Positions 9,699 to 18,787 of a stretch of DNA of 64,000 nt are shown piece by piece. Within the stretch, counting starts at the first letter, position 1; each line of letters starts with the position of its first letter. The DNA comes from Candidatus Latescibacterota bacterium. GTDB taxonomy: Bacteria; Latescibacterota; CBDEFO01. Below the pieces are notes generated by a model. The model was not told where the DNA came from, searched no databases, and saw only the letters and a list, made by a program, of their open reading frames with translations. Where the stretch lies: contig CBDEFO010000008.1 in NCBI GenBank assembly GCA_965237525.1, positions 1,408,001-1,472,000 on the forward strand, in the 5' to 3' direction. The position numbers and the translations under genes were made by a program.

Positions 9699-10892
9699 AT
9701 GTTAGACCTTGCGATAGTTAAAAGACAGATTGACCAGATGGCCAAGGAGCAGAAGGATAGCCAGAACACCTTCCTCGATAAGATGAAGACTGCCTACAAT
9801 CTGCTCATAGAGTGGTCGGCAAAGTGGCAGGAGCTGTCGGACAAGGTCGAAAGGAGTAAGACTTCATGGCTCCTTGCGGGCATCACGGGGCCTTTAAAGC
9901 AGTCGTATCCAAAGCCTGAAAGACCAAAAGAGGTTACCGTTGCGGCGACGGATGGCTCTCAGATATTCCCAGACCGACACGAGGTTTCATCCTGCTATCT
10001 GATAAACATCGGCTCCGTGATGATCCACTACGGGACAGGAGAGCGGCCACTCCTCACCTGCGATCCTTCGCTGTTCTACAGAGAGAAAGACCTCTATCAG
10101 ACATGGGGTGGCAGGAGGGCGTTTATGAACAGCGAGATTCTTGCCACAAAGAGGGGATCGCTGGAATTTAAGGCGCTGGCGGATCTTTCCGAAACCGCAG
10201 CCTCTGAGGACAGAACCGCTGTGGCTCTCTCAGACGGGACGCTGATCATGTGGACTCTTGAGGGCACGCCACCCGACTTCAAAGGACAGGCTCTCAAACC
10301 CTTTTTGGATTCCTTCGACCGTATCAAAGAGGCGGATGTCCCACTTGCCGGATACATAAGCCATCCCGGCAGCTCGGACGTGATCAACACGCTTAGAGTG
10401 GGCTTATGCCCTTTAGAGGCAGCCGACTGCGACAGGTGCCCGTGGAAAGAAGAGGTGGAAAATAGCATAATCCCCCAGCTTCCCTGTGAGCCGATTGAAG
10501 GCGTAACGGACGGTCTTCTCTTCTCCCGAGTTCTGAAAGAAGGCGAAAGGTCACCTGTCTTTGCGAGTTCCTCCAGGGTACTGGATGAATACGAAGTTCA
10601 CAGAGTCTTCTTCTTCTACGTGAACGCAGGTTGGGAGATAGCCAGAGTCGAGGTACCTGGTTGGGTAGCCAAGGATGAGAGACTCTTGGAGCTTGTCCAC
10701 TCTGTCATCTGCGATCAAGCCCAAAAGGGATCGGGCTATCCGATAGTGCTCTCGGAAGCTCACGAAAAAGCAGTGGTCAGAGGAAAAGACAGAGATATTT
10801 TCTACCAATTCTTAAGAGACGTTTTGGTCAAAAACGACATTAAGACCGCCATTTCATCGAAGAGCCTGAAAAAGCTGGGACCGACAGTATAG
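9699..10892 (+). CDS. nurA: NurA-family DNA double-strand break repair nuclease
   Basis: ATDGSQ, LSDGTL, ARVEVP, GYPIVLSEAHEKAVV. Confidence 0.9.
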   Translation: MLDLAIVKRQIDQMAKEQKDSQNTFLDKMKTAYNLLIEWSAKWQELSDKVERSKTSWLLAGITGPLKQSYPKPERPKEVTVAATDGSQIFPDRHEVSSCYLINIGSVMIHYGTGERPLLTCDPSLFYREKDLYQTWGGRRAFMNSEILATKRGSLEFKALADLSETAASEDRTAVALSDGTLIMWTLEGTPPDFKGQALKPFLDSFDRIKEADVPLAGYISHPGSSDVINTLRVGLCPLEAADCDRCPWKEEVENSIIPQLPCEPIEGVTDGLLFSRVLKEGERSPVFASSSRVLDEYEVHRVFFFYVNAGWEIARVEVPGWVAKDERLLELVHSVICDQAQKGSGYPIVLSEAHEKAVVRGKDRDIFYQFLRDVLVKNDIKTAISSKSLKKLGPTV

Positions 10893-10896
10893 ACAA

Positions 10897-10971
10897 GTAG
10901 GTCAGACATTCCTGTCTGACATTGGGAGTGAGATGCCCTGTCTACTGAACAGACAAGAATGTCTGTTCTAC
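10897..10971. repeat. Cluster of GTAG-type REP-like palindromes
   Basis: GTAGGTCAGACATTCCTGTCTGAC, TGCCCTGTCTACTG and GAACAGACAAGAATGTCTGTTCTAC. Confidence 0.7.
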
Positions 10972-11010
10972 CGACGACTGTTTACTATATTTTGAAGGGG
11001 CGAAGCACTT

Positions 11011-11589
11011 ATGGAAGAAGAGTACATCGGGGAGATCATCGAAAGCAGCACGGTTCACTTTACGGCTGAGACGCGTGAATTGCACAAGTCTCCTCCTTTT
11101 GGGGCATTTGTGAAGACGGACTCGAAGCCCACTATATTCGGGATCGTCTCCAACACCTCCACTCACTCGATAGAGCCGAACAGGAGGCCCACAGCCTACG
11201 GCAAGAGCGAAGAAGAACTCAGGATGGAACAGCCTCAGATATTCGAGCTTCTAAAGACGGAGTTTGAGTCCATCATTGTGGGCTATCACAACGACGTAGA
11301 ACCCAAGCAGTATCTCCCTCCTCAACCGCCACGCATCCATAATTTCGTCCATTACTGCTCCCCAGGAGAGGTCAGGGAGTTCACTTCAAACTGGGACTTT
11401 TTGAGGACTATTCTGAACGCCTCTAAGAACACGCCCACAGACGAACTCATAATCGCCGTAGTCAAGAACGCCCTCGCGGCGCACAGAGGTGAGTCCGAAT
11501 ACTTGGTCAGGACGGGTAAGGAACTCTCACGGCTCATAAGGGACGACTACCACCGCTTAAGTTCGATAATCAGGAGGATACAGGATTGA
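11011..11589 (+). CDS. HAS-barrel domain protein of the nurA-herA cluster
   Basis: IGEIIESSTVHFTAE, PPFGAFVK, QYLPPQPPRIH; lies between nurA and herA. Confidence 0.8.
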   Translation: MEEEYIGEIIESSTVHFTAETRELHKSPPFGAFVKTDSKPTIFGIVSNTSTHSIEPNRRPTAYGKSEEELRMEQPQIFELLKTEFESIIVGYHNDVEPKQYLPPQPPRIHNFVHYCSPGEVREFTSNWDFLRTILNASKNTPTDELIIAVVKNALAAHRGESEYLVRTGKELSRLIRDDYHRLSSIIRRIQD

Positions 11590-13241
11590 GAAGACGCTAC
11601 AGCAGCATAGGCATTATCACGAAAGGCTCTCTCGTTGAAGGACTGGAGATGAAGTTGGACCAGAAGAACCTGAACGTGGAGGAGATTAAGGCGGGGAAAT
11701 TCGTGGTCATCGAGGGACAGCAGAACGACTTTTTCTCCATGATCACAGATGTGCGGCTGGATGCGACAAATCCTGATATATTGGTAAACCCTCCCGATCG
11801 GAGCGATGGACTGATGCAGAAGGTGCTGGACGGTACGAGCACGTACGTAGTTGTTTCTCTCCGCCCTATGCTTATGATGGGCAGAGATGAGCAAGAGAAT
11901 GAAGAAGGAGATACAGACCCACGACCCGTCAAGACCATACCCGGCCACTTTTCGATGGTTCAGGAAGCCGAGGAGGAGGACGTAAGCCGCATCTTCGGGA
12001 ACGAATCCGCCTCGAAAAAGTATTTCAGCGTGGGCAAACCTCTGGATATGGAGACTCCCGTATGCCTGAACTTGAACCGCTTCGTGGAAAGGAGCAACGG
12101 GATCTTCGGAAAGACCGGAACGGGAAAGACGTTTTTGACCAGGCTTGTGCTTTCAGGTCTTATTAAGCGCGACACGGCCGTAAACTTCATCTTCGACATG
12201 CACAACGAGTACGGCTGGAAGGCGATCGCCGAGTCGGGTATCGGGAAAGGGGCTTTTGTCAAGGGCTTAAAACAACTGTTCGGAAGTAAGATGGCGATAT
12301 TCTCCCTGGATCCGAAATCTACCAGGGATAGAGGGGTTCAGCCCGATCACGAAGTCTATATCAGCTACGATCAGATTACGGTAGAGGACATAGCTCCGCT
12401 TCAGGAGGAGCTAAAGCTGAATCCCACTGCAGTAGAATCGGCTTATCTTGTCTACGCTATATACAAGGAGAAATGGCTCAGGACACTTTTGGATCAGGAG
12501 GGGAAGGGGGTCGAGGAGTTCGCTGAGGAGATAGGCGCGCATCCGGGTTCTCTGGTGGCTCTGCACAGGAAGCTCAAGAGGATTGAGAACTTCCCCTTTA
12601 TGGTCAGCAGGACTCAAGGCCAGGATGTGATAGACAAGATAATGGACTATATTAATAGGGGCGTTCACATAGTTCTGGAGTTCGGTCAGCAGACGAGCAT
12701 ACTCTGCTACCTTTTGGTATCCAACATCATCACAAGGAGGATACACGAGCTCTACGTAAAAAAGAGCGAGAAGTTCTACTCCACACAGAACGTTGAGGAT
12801 GAGCCCAAACAGTTGGTCATAACGATAGAAGAGGCGCATAAGTTCCTGAACCCCGTGGCGGCAAAGCAGACGATCTTCGGAACTATTGCAAGGGAGATGA
12901 GGAAATACTATGTCTCCCTTCTGATTGTGGATCAGCGGCCCTCAGGGATAGACGAAGAGGTGCTGTCTCAGATTGGCACTAAGATAACGGCCCTTCTGAA
13001 CGATGAGAAGGATATACAGGCTGTCTTAACGGGAGTCAGCAACGCTTCGGGCTTAAGGAGCGTGCTTGCCAGCCTCGATTCCAAACAGCAGGCCTTGGTG
13101 ATAGGGCACGCTGTCCCTATGCCCGTGGTCATAAGGACCAGAGACTACGACGAGAAGTTCTACAAGGACATGGGCGAGGTAGACGCTAAGGCAAAGAGAA
13201 AAAAGGTAGAAAAGGAGACAGTGGATCTCTTCGGAGAATAG
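11586..13241 (+). CDS. herA: HerA/FtsK-type ATPase (DUF87)
   Basis: Walker A GKTGTGKT, FDMHNEYG, Walker B IEEAHKF, AREMRKY, DQRPS. Confidence 0.9.
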   Translation: MRRRYSSIGIITKGSLVEGLEMKLDQKNLNVEEIKAGKFVVIEGQQNDFFSMITDVRLDATNPDILVNPPDRSDGLMQKVLDGTSTYVVVSLRPMLMMGRDEQENEEGDTDPRPVKTIPGHFSMVQEAEEEDVSRIFGNESASKKYFSVGKPLDMETPVCLNLNRFVERSNGIFGKTGTGKTFLTRLVLSGLIKRDTAVNFIFDMHNEYGWKAIAESGIGKGAFVKGLKQLFGSKMAIFSLDPKSTRDRGVQPDHEVYISYDQITVEDIAPLQEELKLNPTAVESAYLVYAIYKEKWLRTLLDQEGKGVEEFAEEIGAHPGSLVALHRKLKRIENFPFMVSRTQGQDVIDKIMDYINRGVHIVLEFGQQTSILCYLLVSNIITRRIHELYVKKSEKFYSTQNVEDEPKQLVITIEEAHKFLNPVAAKQTIFGTIAREMRKYYVSLLIVDQRPSGIDEEVLSQIGTKITALLNDEKDIQAVLTGVSNASGLRSVLASLDSKQQALVIGHAVPMPVVIRTRDYDEKFYKDMGEVDAKAKRKKVEKETVDLFGE

Positions 13242-13405
13242 AATAATCCGCCTTGACTGCTTGAATATTGAAGATCTAGACCTGCAAGATTTTGCTTAGA
13301 TCTACAAGACGTTAGAGACCGTGACCTCCAAAGAGTTAGAGATCAAGGGGATATAATGGACTGAAATGCATAATATATGCACATTGTGAACGTTTTGCAG
13401 GACGA

Positions 13406-13480
13406 TAGGACGATAAGGACGATTTGTAGCAAACTTTTCTATATTAAAAAAGTTCCATGTAAAACGTCCTTATCGTCCTA
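13406..13480. repeat. Perfect 16-bp inverted repeat flanking an AT-rich core
   Basis: TAGGACGATAAGGACG (13406-13421) / CGTCCTTATCGTCCTA (13465-13480). Confidence 0.85.
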
Positions 13481-13499
13481 ATGGAAGTTTGACTAGAGT

Positions 13500-13900
13500 T
13501 CAGCTCAGAACCAGATACTCCAGCCAGCCGTTGTCCTTGTCCGTGAACGCCTGATTGTAGGGCTTCCGCGGCAAGCAAGTCACAGACCCCTCCCTGACAT
13601 GATATTTTCTATCTCCGATTAAGACCTCCCCTTCTCCGCTGAGTATGAAGCAGAACTGCTCGTTGTTTTCGTAATTGCGATAGTCAGAGGTCATCCTCCC
13701 CTGAAGGTCGTGCTCGAGAGGTACCGGACATCTTCTCTGTGCGCGGTTTGCGTTTCCTCCTACTTATCCTTCCTTACGGAAATCAGGTATTTCTGCAACG
13801 CATGCTGTATTGTCCGTTTATGTCCTTTGTATGGTCACCCGGGTGGAAAGGAGCATCTCGTCATCGGTCGGTTCACACGCTTCGCCCTTAAAGAATAATC
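13500..13900 (-). pseudogene. Degraded cupin-domain gene
   Basis: NEQFCFILSGEGEVLIGDRKYHVREGS cupin segment with His ligands lost; upstream part has stops. Confidence 0.55.
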
Positions 13901-13977
13901 TCAGAGTGCGGCACTCGGCTGGTCGTGATGTCTGCTCCTTCAAGGAGAAGGAAGGAGAGATGAGGAGAAAATTATCC

Positions 13978-14006
13978 TTGACCAGCCCAGCGATTCGTTA
14001 TATACT
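13978..14006 (+). promoter_or_regulatory. sigma70-type promoter for the NHL gene
   Basis: TTGACC-N17-TATACT. Confidence 0.6.
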
Positions 14007-14086
14007 GTAATATCATTCGATGGACAATATGCAGTGATCTTTAACACACAAGCCGAGCGAGACAAGTAGTCTGGAGGCACGGCAAA

Positions 14087-14953
14087 ATGACATTTGGAGA
14101 AGGTAAATACACCTACCAGGTCCAGGAGGGCTGGGGTAAACTGCCGGAAGGCTGGATGTGGGGCTGGATTCCGGCGGTCGCGTGCGATTCACAAGACCGC
14201 GTCTATGTCTATTCGCGCAGTGAGCATCCGCTGGTCATCTTCGACCGCGACGGCAACTTTGTGGATTCGTGGGGCGAAGACATCGTCACGGACGCGCACG
14301 GTATCTACATAGATGGCGACGATAACGTCTATTGTACCGAGTGGAGTCGCCATTGCATCCGCAAGTTCAACGCAAACGGAGAACTGGTGATGACGTTGGG
14401 TACGCCCGATCAGCCTGCCCAGAAGGACGGTGACCCGTTCAACAAGCCGACAGATCTGGCCATCGCATCAACGGGCGAGCTCTTCGTCTCGGACGGCTAC
14501 GAAAACGCGCGCGTTCACAGGTTTTCGCCCGAAGGAGAGCTGCTGATGTCGTGGGGAGAATGGGGCAGCGGCCCGGGTCAGTTTGAGGTCTCCCACTGCG
14601 TTCGGGTAGACAGACACGAACGCGTCTGGGTCTGTGACCGTGAGAACAGCCGCATCCAGATCTTTGACGCCGAAGGTCGCTTCATGGCAGAGTGGACGGG
14701 CTTGTTGCGACCCGATACGATCTATTTCGACCCTGATGACGATGTCATTTACATCGCTGAGTTGCAGCATCAAGTCAGCATCTGGTCACTCGACGGCAAA
14801 CTGCTTACTAAGTGGGGCGGTGCAGAGAAAAGCGATAAGCCCGGTGAGTTTCTCGCCTTTCCACACGGCATCTGGGTAGATGCGTACGGCGATCTCTACG
14901 TGGGCGAGGTTCAGGCGAACGGACGCCTTCAGAAATTCGTCCGACAGATGTAA
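14087..14953 (+). CDS. NHL-repeat beta-propeller protein (peptidyl-alpha-hydroxyglycine lyase-like)
   Basis: FNKPTDLA, VSDGYENARVHRF, VCDRENSRIQIF, PHGIWVD. Confidence 0.88.
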   Translation: MTFGEGKYTYQVQEGWGKLPEGWMWGWIPAVACDSQDRVYVYSRSEHPLVIFDRDGNFVDSWGEDIVTDAHGIYIDGDDNVYCTEWSRHCIRKFNANGELVMTLGTPDQPAQKDGDPFNKPTDLAIASTGELFVSDGYENARVHRFSPEGELLMSWGEWGSGPGQFEVSHCVRVDRHERVWVCDRENSRIQIFDAEGRFMAEWTGLLRPDTIYFDPDDDVIYIAELQHQVSIWSLDGKLLTKWGGAEKSDKPGEFLAFPHGIWVDAYGDLYVGEVQANGRLQKFVRQM

Positions 14954-14983
14954 TGAAGATAAAATGCGCGTCATATCCATCAA

Positions 14984-15190
14984 ATCCCTGGAGATAGAGG
15001 ATGCCTATCCCTGGAGATAGAGGATGCCTATCCCTGGAGATAGAGGATGCCTATCCCTGGAGATAGAGGATGCCTATCCCTGGAGATAGAGGATGCCTAT
15101 CCCTGGAGATAGAGGATGCCTATCCCTGGAGATAGAGGATGCCTATCCCTGGAGATAGAGGATGCCTATCCCTGGAGATAGAGGATGCCT
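14984..15190 (+). repeat. Perfect tandem array, 9 x 23 bp (ATCCCTGGAGATAGAGGATGCCT)
   Basis: Nine identical contiguous units counted in the sequence. Confidence 0.97.
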
Positions 15191-15346
15191 ATGTGATCGT
15201 TCACGTGCACTCTAAGGAGGGCTTTGTATCTTGCCCCCTTATTGATCCTCGATAGATTCTAATCGGGGACCGATGAGTACGAGTGTTACGGGCTAAATGG
15301 TGTGGACTGTGACAGAATAGGAAAATCTACCAAAGAGAGAGAAAAT

Positions 15347-15688
15347 ATGGCCAAGACACCCGAAGATGAGGCTTCAGCAAAATCACCTGAAGAGGATGCT
15401 TCAGCAAAATCACCTGAAGAGGATGCTTCAGCAAAATCACCTGAAGAGGATGCTTCAGCAAAATCACCTGAAGAGGATGCTTCAGCAAAATCACCTGAAG
15501 AGGATGCTTCAGCAAAGCGACTGAAGATACAATTGCAGAACAGGTCACAACTCCTGGAACAGTTGATAAACCTTTTCCAGAATAAGCCTGCAGAAGCCAC
15601 ACAAATTATAAGGACGTGGCTGGTGGAGGGAGATAAACAGAAGGGGAAGAAGTCGAACTTGGCTCGAGACAAGAAAAGGGGGTCCTGA
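15347..15688 (+). CDS. Small protein with acidic SPEEDASAK repeats and a FliF C-terminus-like segment
   Basis: Six 9-aa repeats, then LLEQLINLFQNKPAEATQIIRTWLVEG. Confidence 0.6.
   Translation: MAKTPEDEASAKSPEEDASAKSPEEDASAKSPEEDASAKSPEEDASAKSPEEDASAKRLKIQLQNRSQLLEQLINLFQNKPAEATQIIRTWLVEGDKQKGKKSNLARDKKRGS
15356..15517 (+). repeat. Coding tandem repeat, 6 x 27 bp
   Basis: TCACCTGAAGAGGATGCTTCAGCAAAA units; first unit is a variant. Confidence 0.95.
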
Positions 15689-16030
15689 AGATTGGCATTT
15701 CGTCAGTTGAATAGGAGCGTCCAACATTGCGTCGGAACTCTGCGACAAACACGGTAATTTTCTCTTCATGGCTGCACAGGTTATCTACAAACTCCTCCAG
15801 ATATTGAACTTCAGCCCGTTACCCTGTCGGTTTTTCAGGTGATAACAGATTTTCCACTGTAAGATAACCTGATCTTCGAAAAACTCTCTGTGTTGCGACG
15901 TAATGTTCTGCGTCTCTGATTTTTCCGCTGCCACGATTTACTTCCTATCAGCATTCCCCTCCTTCTACGTTTACCAGGTCAAACAGGAACGTAATCTTCA
16001 GGTGACTTGTCAGGCAATCTACAATCAACA

Positions 16031-16063
16031 AAAAGGGGTTACGCAAATGTGCATAACCCTTCT
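16031..16063 (-). terminator. Hairpin/terminator downstream of tRNA-Leu
   Basis: AGGGGTTACGC-AAATGT-GCATAACCCTT stem, followed by a T-run on the minus strand. Confidence 0.55.
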
Positions 16064-16072
16064 GAACATCTG

Positions 16073-16157
16073 TGGTGCCGAAGGCCGGACTCGAACCGGC
16101 ACGGGTTTCCCCACTGCCCCCTCAAGACAGCGTGTCTACCAGTTCCACCACTTCGGC
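16073..16157 (-). tRNA. tRNA-Leu (anticodon GAG)
   Basis: GCCGAAG acceptor, TGGTAGAC D-loop, CTGTC-TTGAGGG-GGCAG anticodon arm, long variable arm, GGTTCGAGTCC, encoded CCA. Confidence 0.96.
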
Positions 16158-16221
16158 ACTGTTTATGAACGACTAACAGATTCGAAATCTATCCAAGCGT
16201 CTTGTCCTCCGCAGAATGAAC

Positions 16222-16646
16222 TCAGGGCACAGTCCGATTCCCGCCGACAGTCCCCCTTGTAATCGTAATGTCCGTTTGAGTTCCAGAGACAGCATCGAAC
16301 GTCACGGTCACATAGGCAACGTTCCCGTCGGAGTCCTGCTCCTTCCCCTCCCCTATGATTGTAAGGTCGTCTCCGCTCCCACCCAGGTTGTAGAATCCGA
16401 TGTCGTTTTCACCGCTGGTATTTAACTCAGTCAGAGTCAGCCCGTTAAATGATCTTCCTCCTCCGCCCATACTGGTGGGCTTACGATACCAGTGATGCGC
16501 TACCTCCATAATGCGCCGGCACTCAAAGACCACCGCGTTTTGGTTTGCGCTGACAGCCGTTTCTCCAAATTGACTGATGCCCACGGCTACAGAATTCCCA
16601 CGATAATCACAGACAGGACGATCATCAGAATCTGAGTCTGCCCCAT
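16222..16646 (-). pseudogene. Pilin-like protein (MGQTQILMIVLSVIIVGI family) with a 1-bp frameshift near 16592
   Basis: RBS plus ATG 16646; the hydrophobic N-terminus continues in another frame as VAVGISQFGETAVSANQNAV..WYRKPTSMGGGGRSF. Confidence 0.7.
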
Positions 16647-17449
16647 ATGTAGCTCCCCTTTTGGCTAAACAGAGGTGATCCACATCTACTTTGGCCCTGT
16701 GCATCCTATAATATACATAAACAAATTCCCAAAAGAAACAAAAAAACCTTAAATTCATTTTCTTGATCGGCTATTTTATCCTAGTCTATATATAGAACCA
16801 CAGTACGGGATTCAAGAAATTCTTGCTTCCTTTAGAGGTTACTCTGCCCAATGGTACGAAACATTGCCGGGACCGTTCGTTTTCTAATGCGCCATGTAAT
16901 TGAAATTGGAACATACTTTTCATGCTTTGCGCTTAAATAGTCTCTACCCTGAATAAGAGGGGTTCAACAGCAAAAGGACATCTGTGTGATAATAGAATAC
17001 CACAAGGGCCACAGGAATTCCTTCAAACACATCGCTGCAATATGCTTTGATGCCGTCCACAGATCAAAGCATAGAGAAGATATCCGGAGTGATGTCGGGA
17101 AATAGTTAGCAGTGGAGAAAAGGAGGCACATAAAGGACGAGATAAAGGCAAACGCCCACGGGATATTTGCGGAGCTGCAACGGGCAAAGCACTCCCTACA
17201 TTACTTCAGTTCTGGGAAAAGAAAAAAAGATAGCGAGGATTCCTTACATGTCTGTTCTTCCAGAATATCAAAGGCGGGGTGTCGGAAGGGCTTTAGTAGA
17301 AAAGACACTGAAGTAATCTAAAGAGGAAGGAATCGAGTATGACAAGATAGATGCTTTAGGGGAAAATAAAATAGGGAGTCAGTTCTCCTCTGATCCGGGA
17401 CTTAAGGATAGATTTACTACGCTATGCGTTTGGAGTGAAATCGTTATGG

Positions 17450-17941
17450 TTATTTCTTTGTATTCTCCTCCTTCAGCTTAAAAGAAGGGATGTCGGATGC
17501 TGGAGCGCTTTCTCTCTTCAGCCTGCGGGTCAAAACGTCCTTTTCTTCCTCCCTTTGAGAGATCTTTACGTCCTCACCTGAGTCGCAATTGCCTTTAAAG
17601 ACGGCTCCCTCTTCGACTACGAGGAGTTTGGTTTTGATGTTGCCCATGACAACGGACTTGGACTCGAGACGTATTCTATTGGCGACCTCCACGTTACCAA
17701 CGACTCTCCCTCCGATGACGGCGTTTTGCACTTTGACATCAGCTTCAATCTGTCCTGATGGTCCCAGAACCAGCGTGCCTGATGACTCTAATTCACCATG
17801 TAGGATCCCATCTATCCTTATACTGCTTTCTATGTTGAACGTCCCGTCTATCGTGGATCCCTTTCCCACTATGGTGTTCATAGTTCCCTGGTCAAATCCG
17901 TCTTGTTTGTTTTTATCCCTTGCCATAAATGGTTTCCTCAA
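17450..17941 (-). CDS. Bactofilin (polymer-forming cytoskeletal protein)
   Basis: TIVGKGSTIDG..IRIDG..LVVEEGAVFKGNC. Confidence 0.92.
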   Translation of the reverse strand: MRKPFMARDKNKQDGFDQGTMNTIVGKGSTIDGTFNIESSIRIDGILHGELESSGTLVLGPSGQIEADVKVQNAVIGGRVVGNVEVANRIRLESKSVVMGNIKTKLLVVEEGAVFKGNCDSGEDVKISQREEEKDVLTRRLKRESAPASDIPSFKLKEENTKK

Positions 17942-17944
17942 AGT

Positions 17945-18754
17945 CTAATACTTCAAAAAATAGTTCTGAGGGTCTCGGGGTTCTCCGTGTTCAGGTTTGC
18001 CCTCCCATATCTCGTAGTAGAGATACGGTTCCACTTTTCCGTTATTTCCTGAAAGGAGAGCTATCGCCTGTCCTTTTATGACCCTTTCTCCTTTCTGGAC
18101 GAGTATATTCAGGTTGTGCCCGTATCTGGTGTAGCATTGACTGTTATGGTCTATTTCTATAAGGCTGCCCCAGCCGTCTTTCCAGTCGGCAAAGGTGACC
18201 GTTCCATCTGCTGGGGCTTTGACTATAGAGCCATAAGTAGATGCTATCTTTACACCTGTATGTTCCCTCTTGACAGGAACCTCTGTTATTTCAAATGGTT
18301 CGACGATCCAGCCATCCACAGGCTGTAGAGTGGGCCTCCACCTAATACTGTTCCATTCACCGCGCTTTGCCCCCTTTGCGTCTTTGGAGTTCAAAAATGG
18401 CGACAAATATGAGCTTCCTGCGTACGAAAGTCCTCTTAGCTCCTCCCCCTGCCGTTCGCTCCAGAGCGTCAAAAGTTGCCTGTTTATCCGTTTAATTCTC
18501 TCGAGGGTAGCAGTCAGTCGGGCTATCTTGCGGGCTTCGACTTCCAATTCTAAGTTTCTATTTTCTAACGCATCAGCCCGTAGAGCCCTCCGAGCCACGC
18601 TCCAGTAAGAGGCCGCTCCGACAACTATGAGGATTACAAGGACAGCAAGACCATATTTTATCAGCCGGAGTTGAAACAGGCTAGCCGTGAATTTGAAAGT
18701 CCCAGATCCATCGTTTGGAACGACGATTACAGTATATGATTTTCCCTTAGCCAC
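17945..18754 (-). CDS. M23 family metallopeptidase with N-terminal TM and coiled coil
   Basis: HTGVKI, KAPADGTV, TRYGHN, YYEIW..DPQNY; bactofilin neighbour; Zn ligands partly diverged. Confidence 0.85.
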   Translation of the reverse strand: MAKGKSYTVIVVPNDGSGTFKFTASLFQLRLIKYGLAVLVILIVVGAASYWSVARRALRADALENRNLELEVEARKIARLTATLERIKRINRQLLTLWSERQGEELRGLSYAGSSYLSPFLNSKDAKGAKRGEWNSIRWRPTLQPVDGWIVEPFEITEVPVKREHTGVKIASTYGSIVKAPADGTVTFADWKDGWGSLIEIDHNSQCYTRYGHNLNILVQKGERVIKGQAIALLSGNNGKVEPYLYYEIWEGKPEHGEPRDPQNYFLKY

Positions 18755-18787
18755 GTCTTGCTCACCCCAAAGAAAGTAGACAGTAGG

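Noticed and set aside
14984..15190. CRISPR array
   Set aside because: Units are contiguous and identical with no spacers; no cas genes in the window
15356..15517. CRISPR array or non-coding repeat
   Set aside because: 27-bp in-frame coding repeat without spacers
15903..16262. 119-aa plus-strand ORF
   Set aside because: Overlaps the tRNA-Leu on the opposite strand; spurious
16760..17440. Possible decayed membrane-protein gene
   Set aside because: Stops in all frames and no family motif I could recognise
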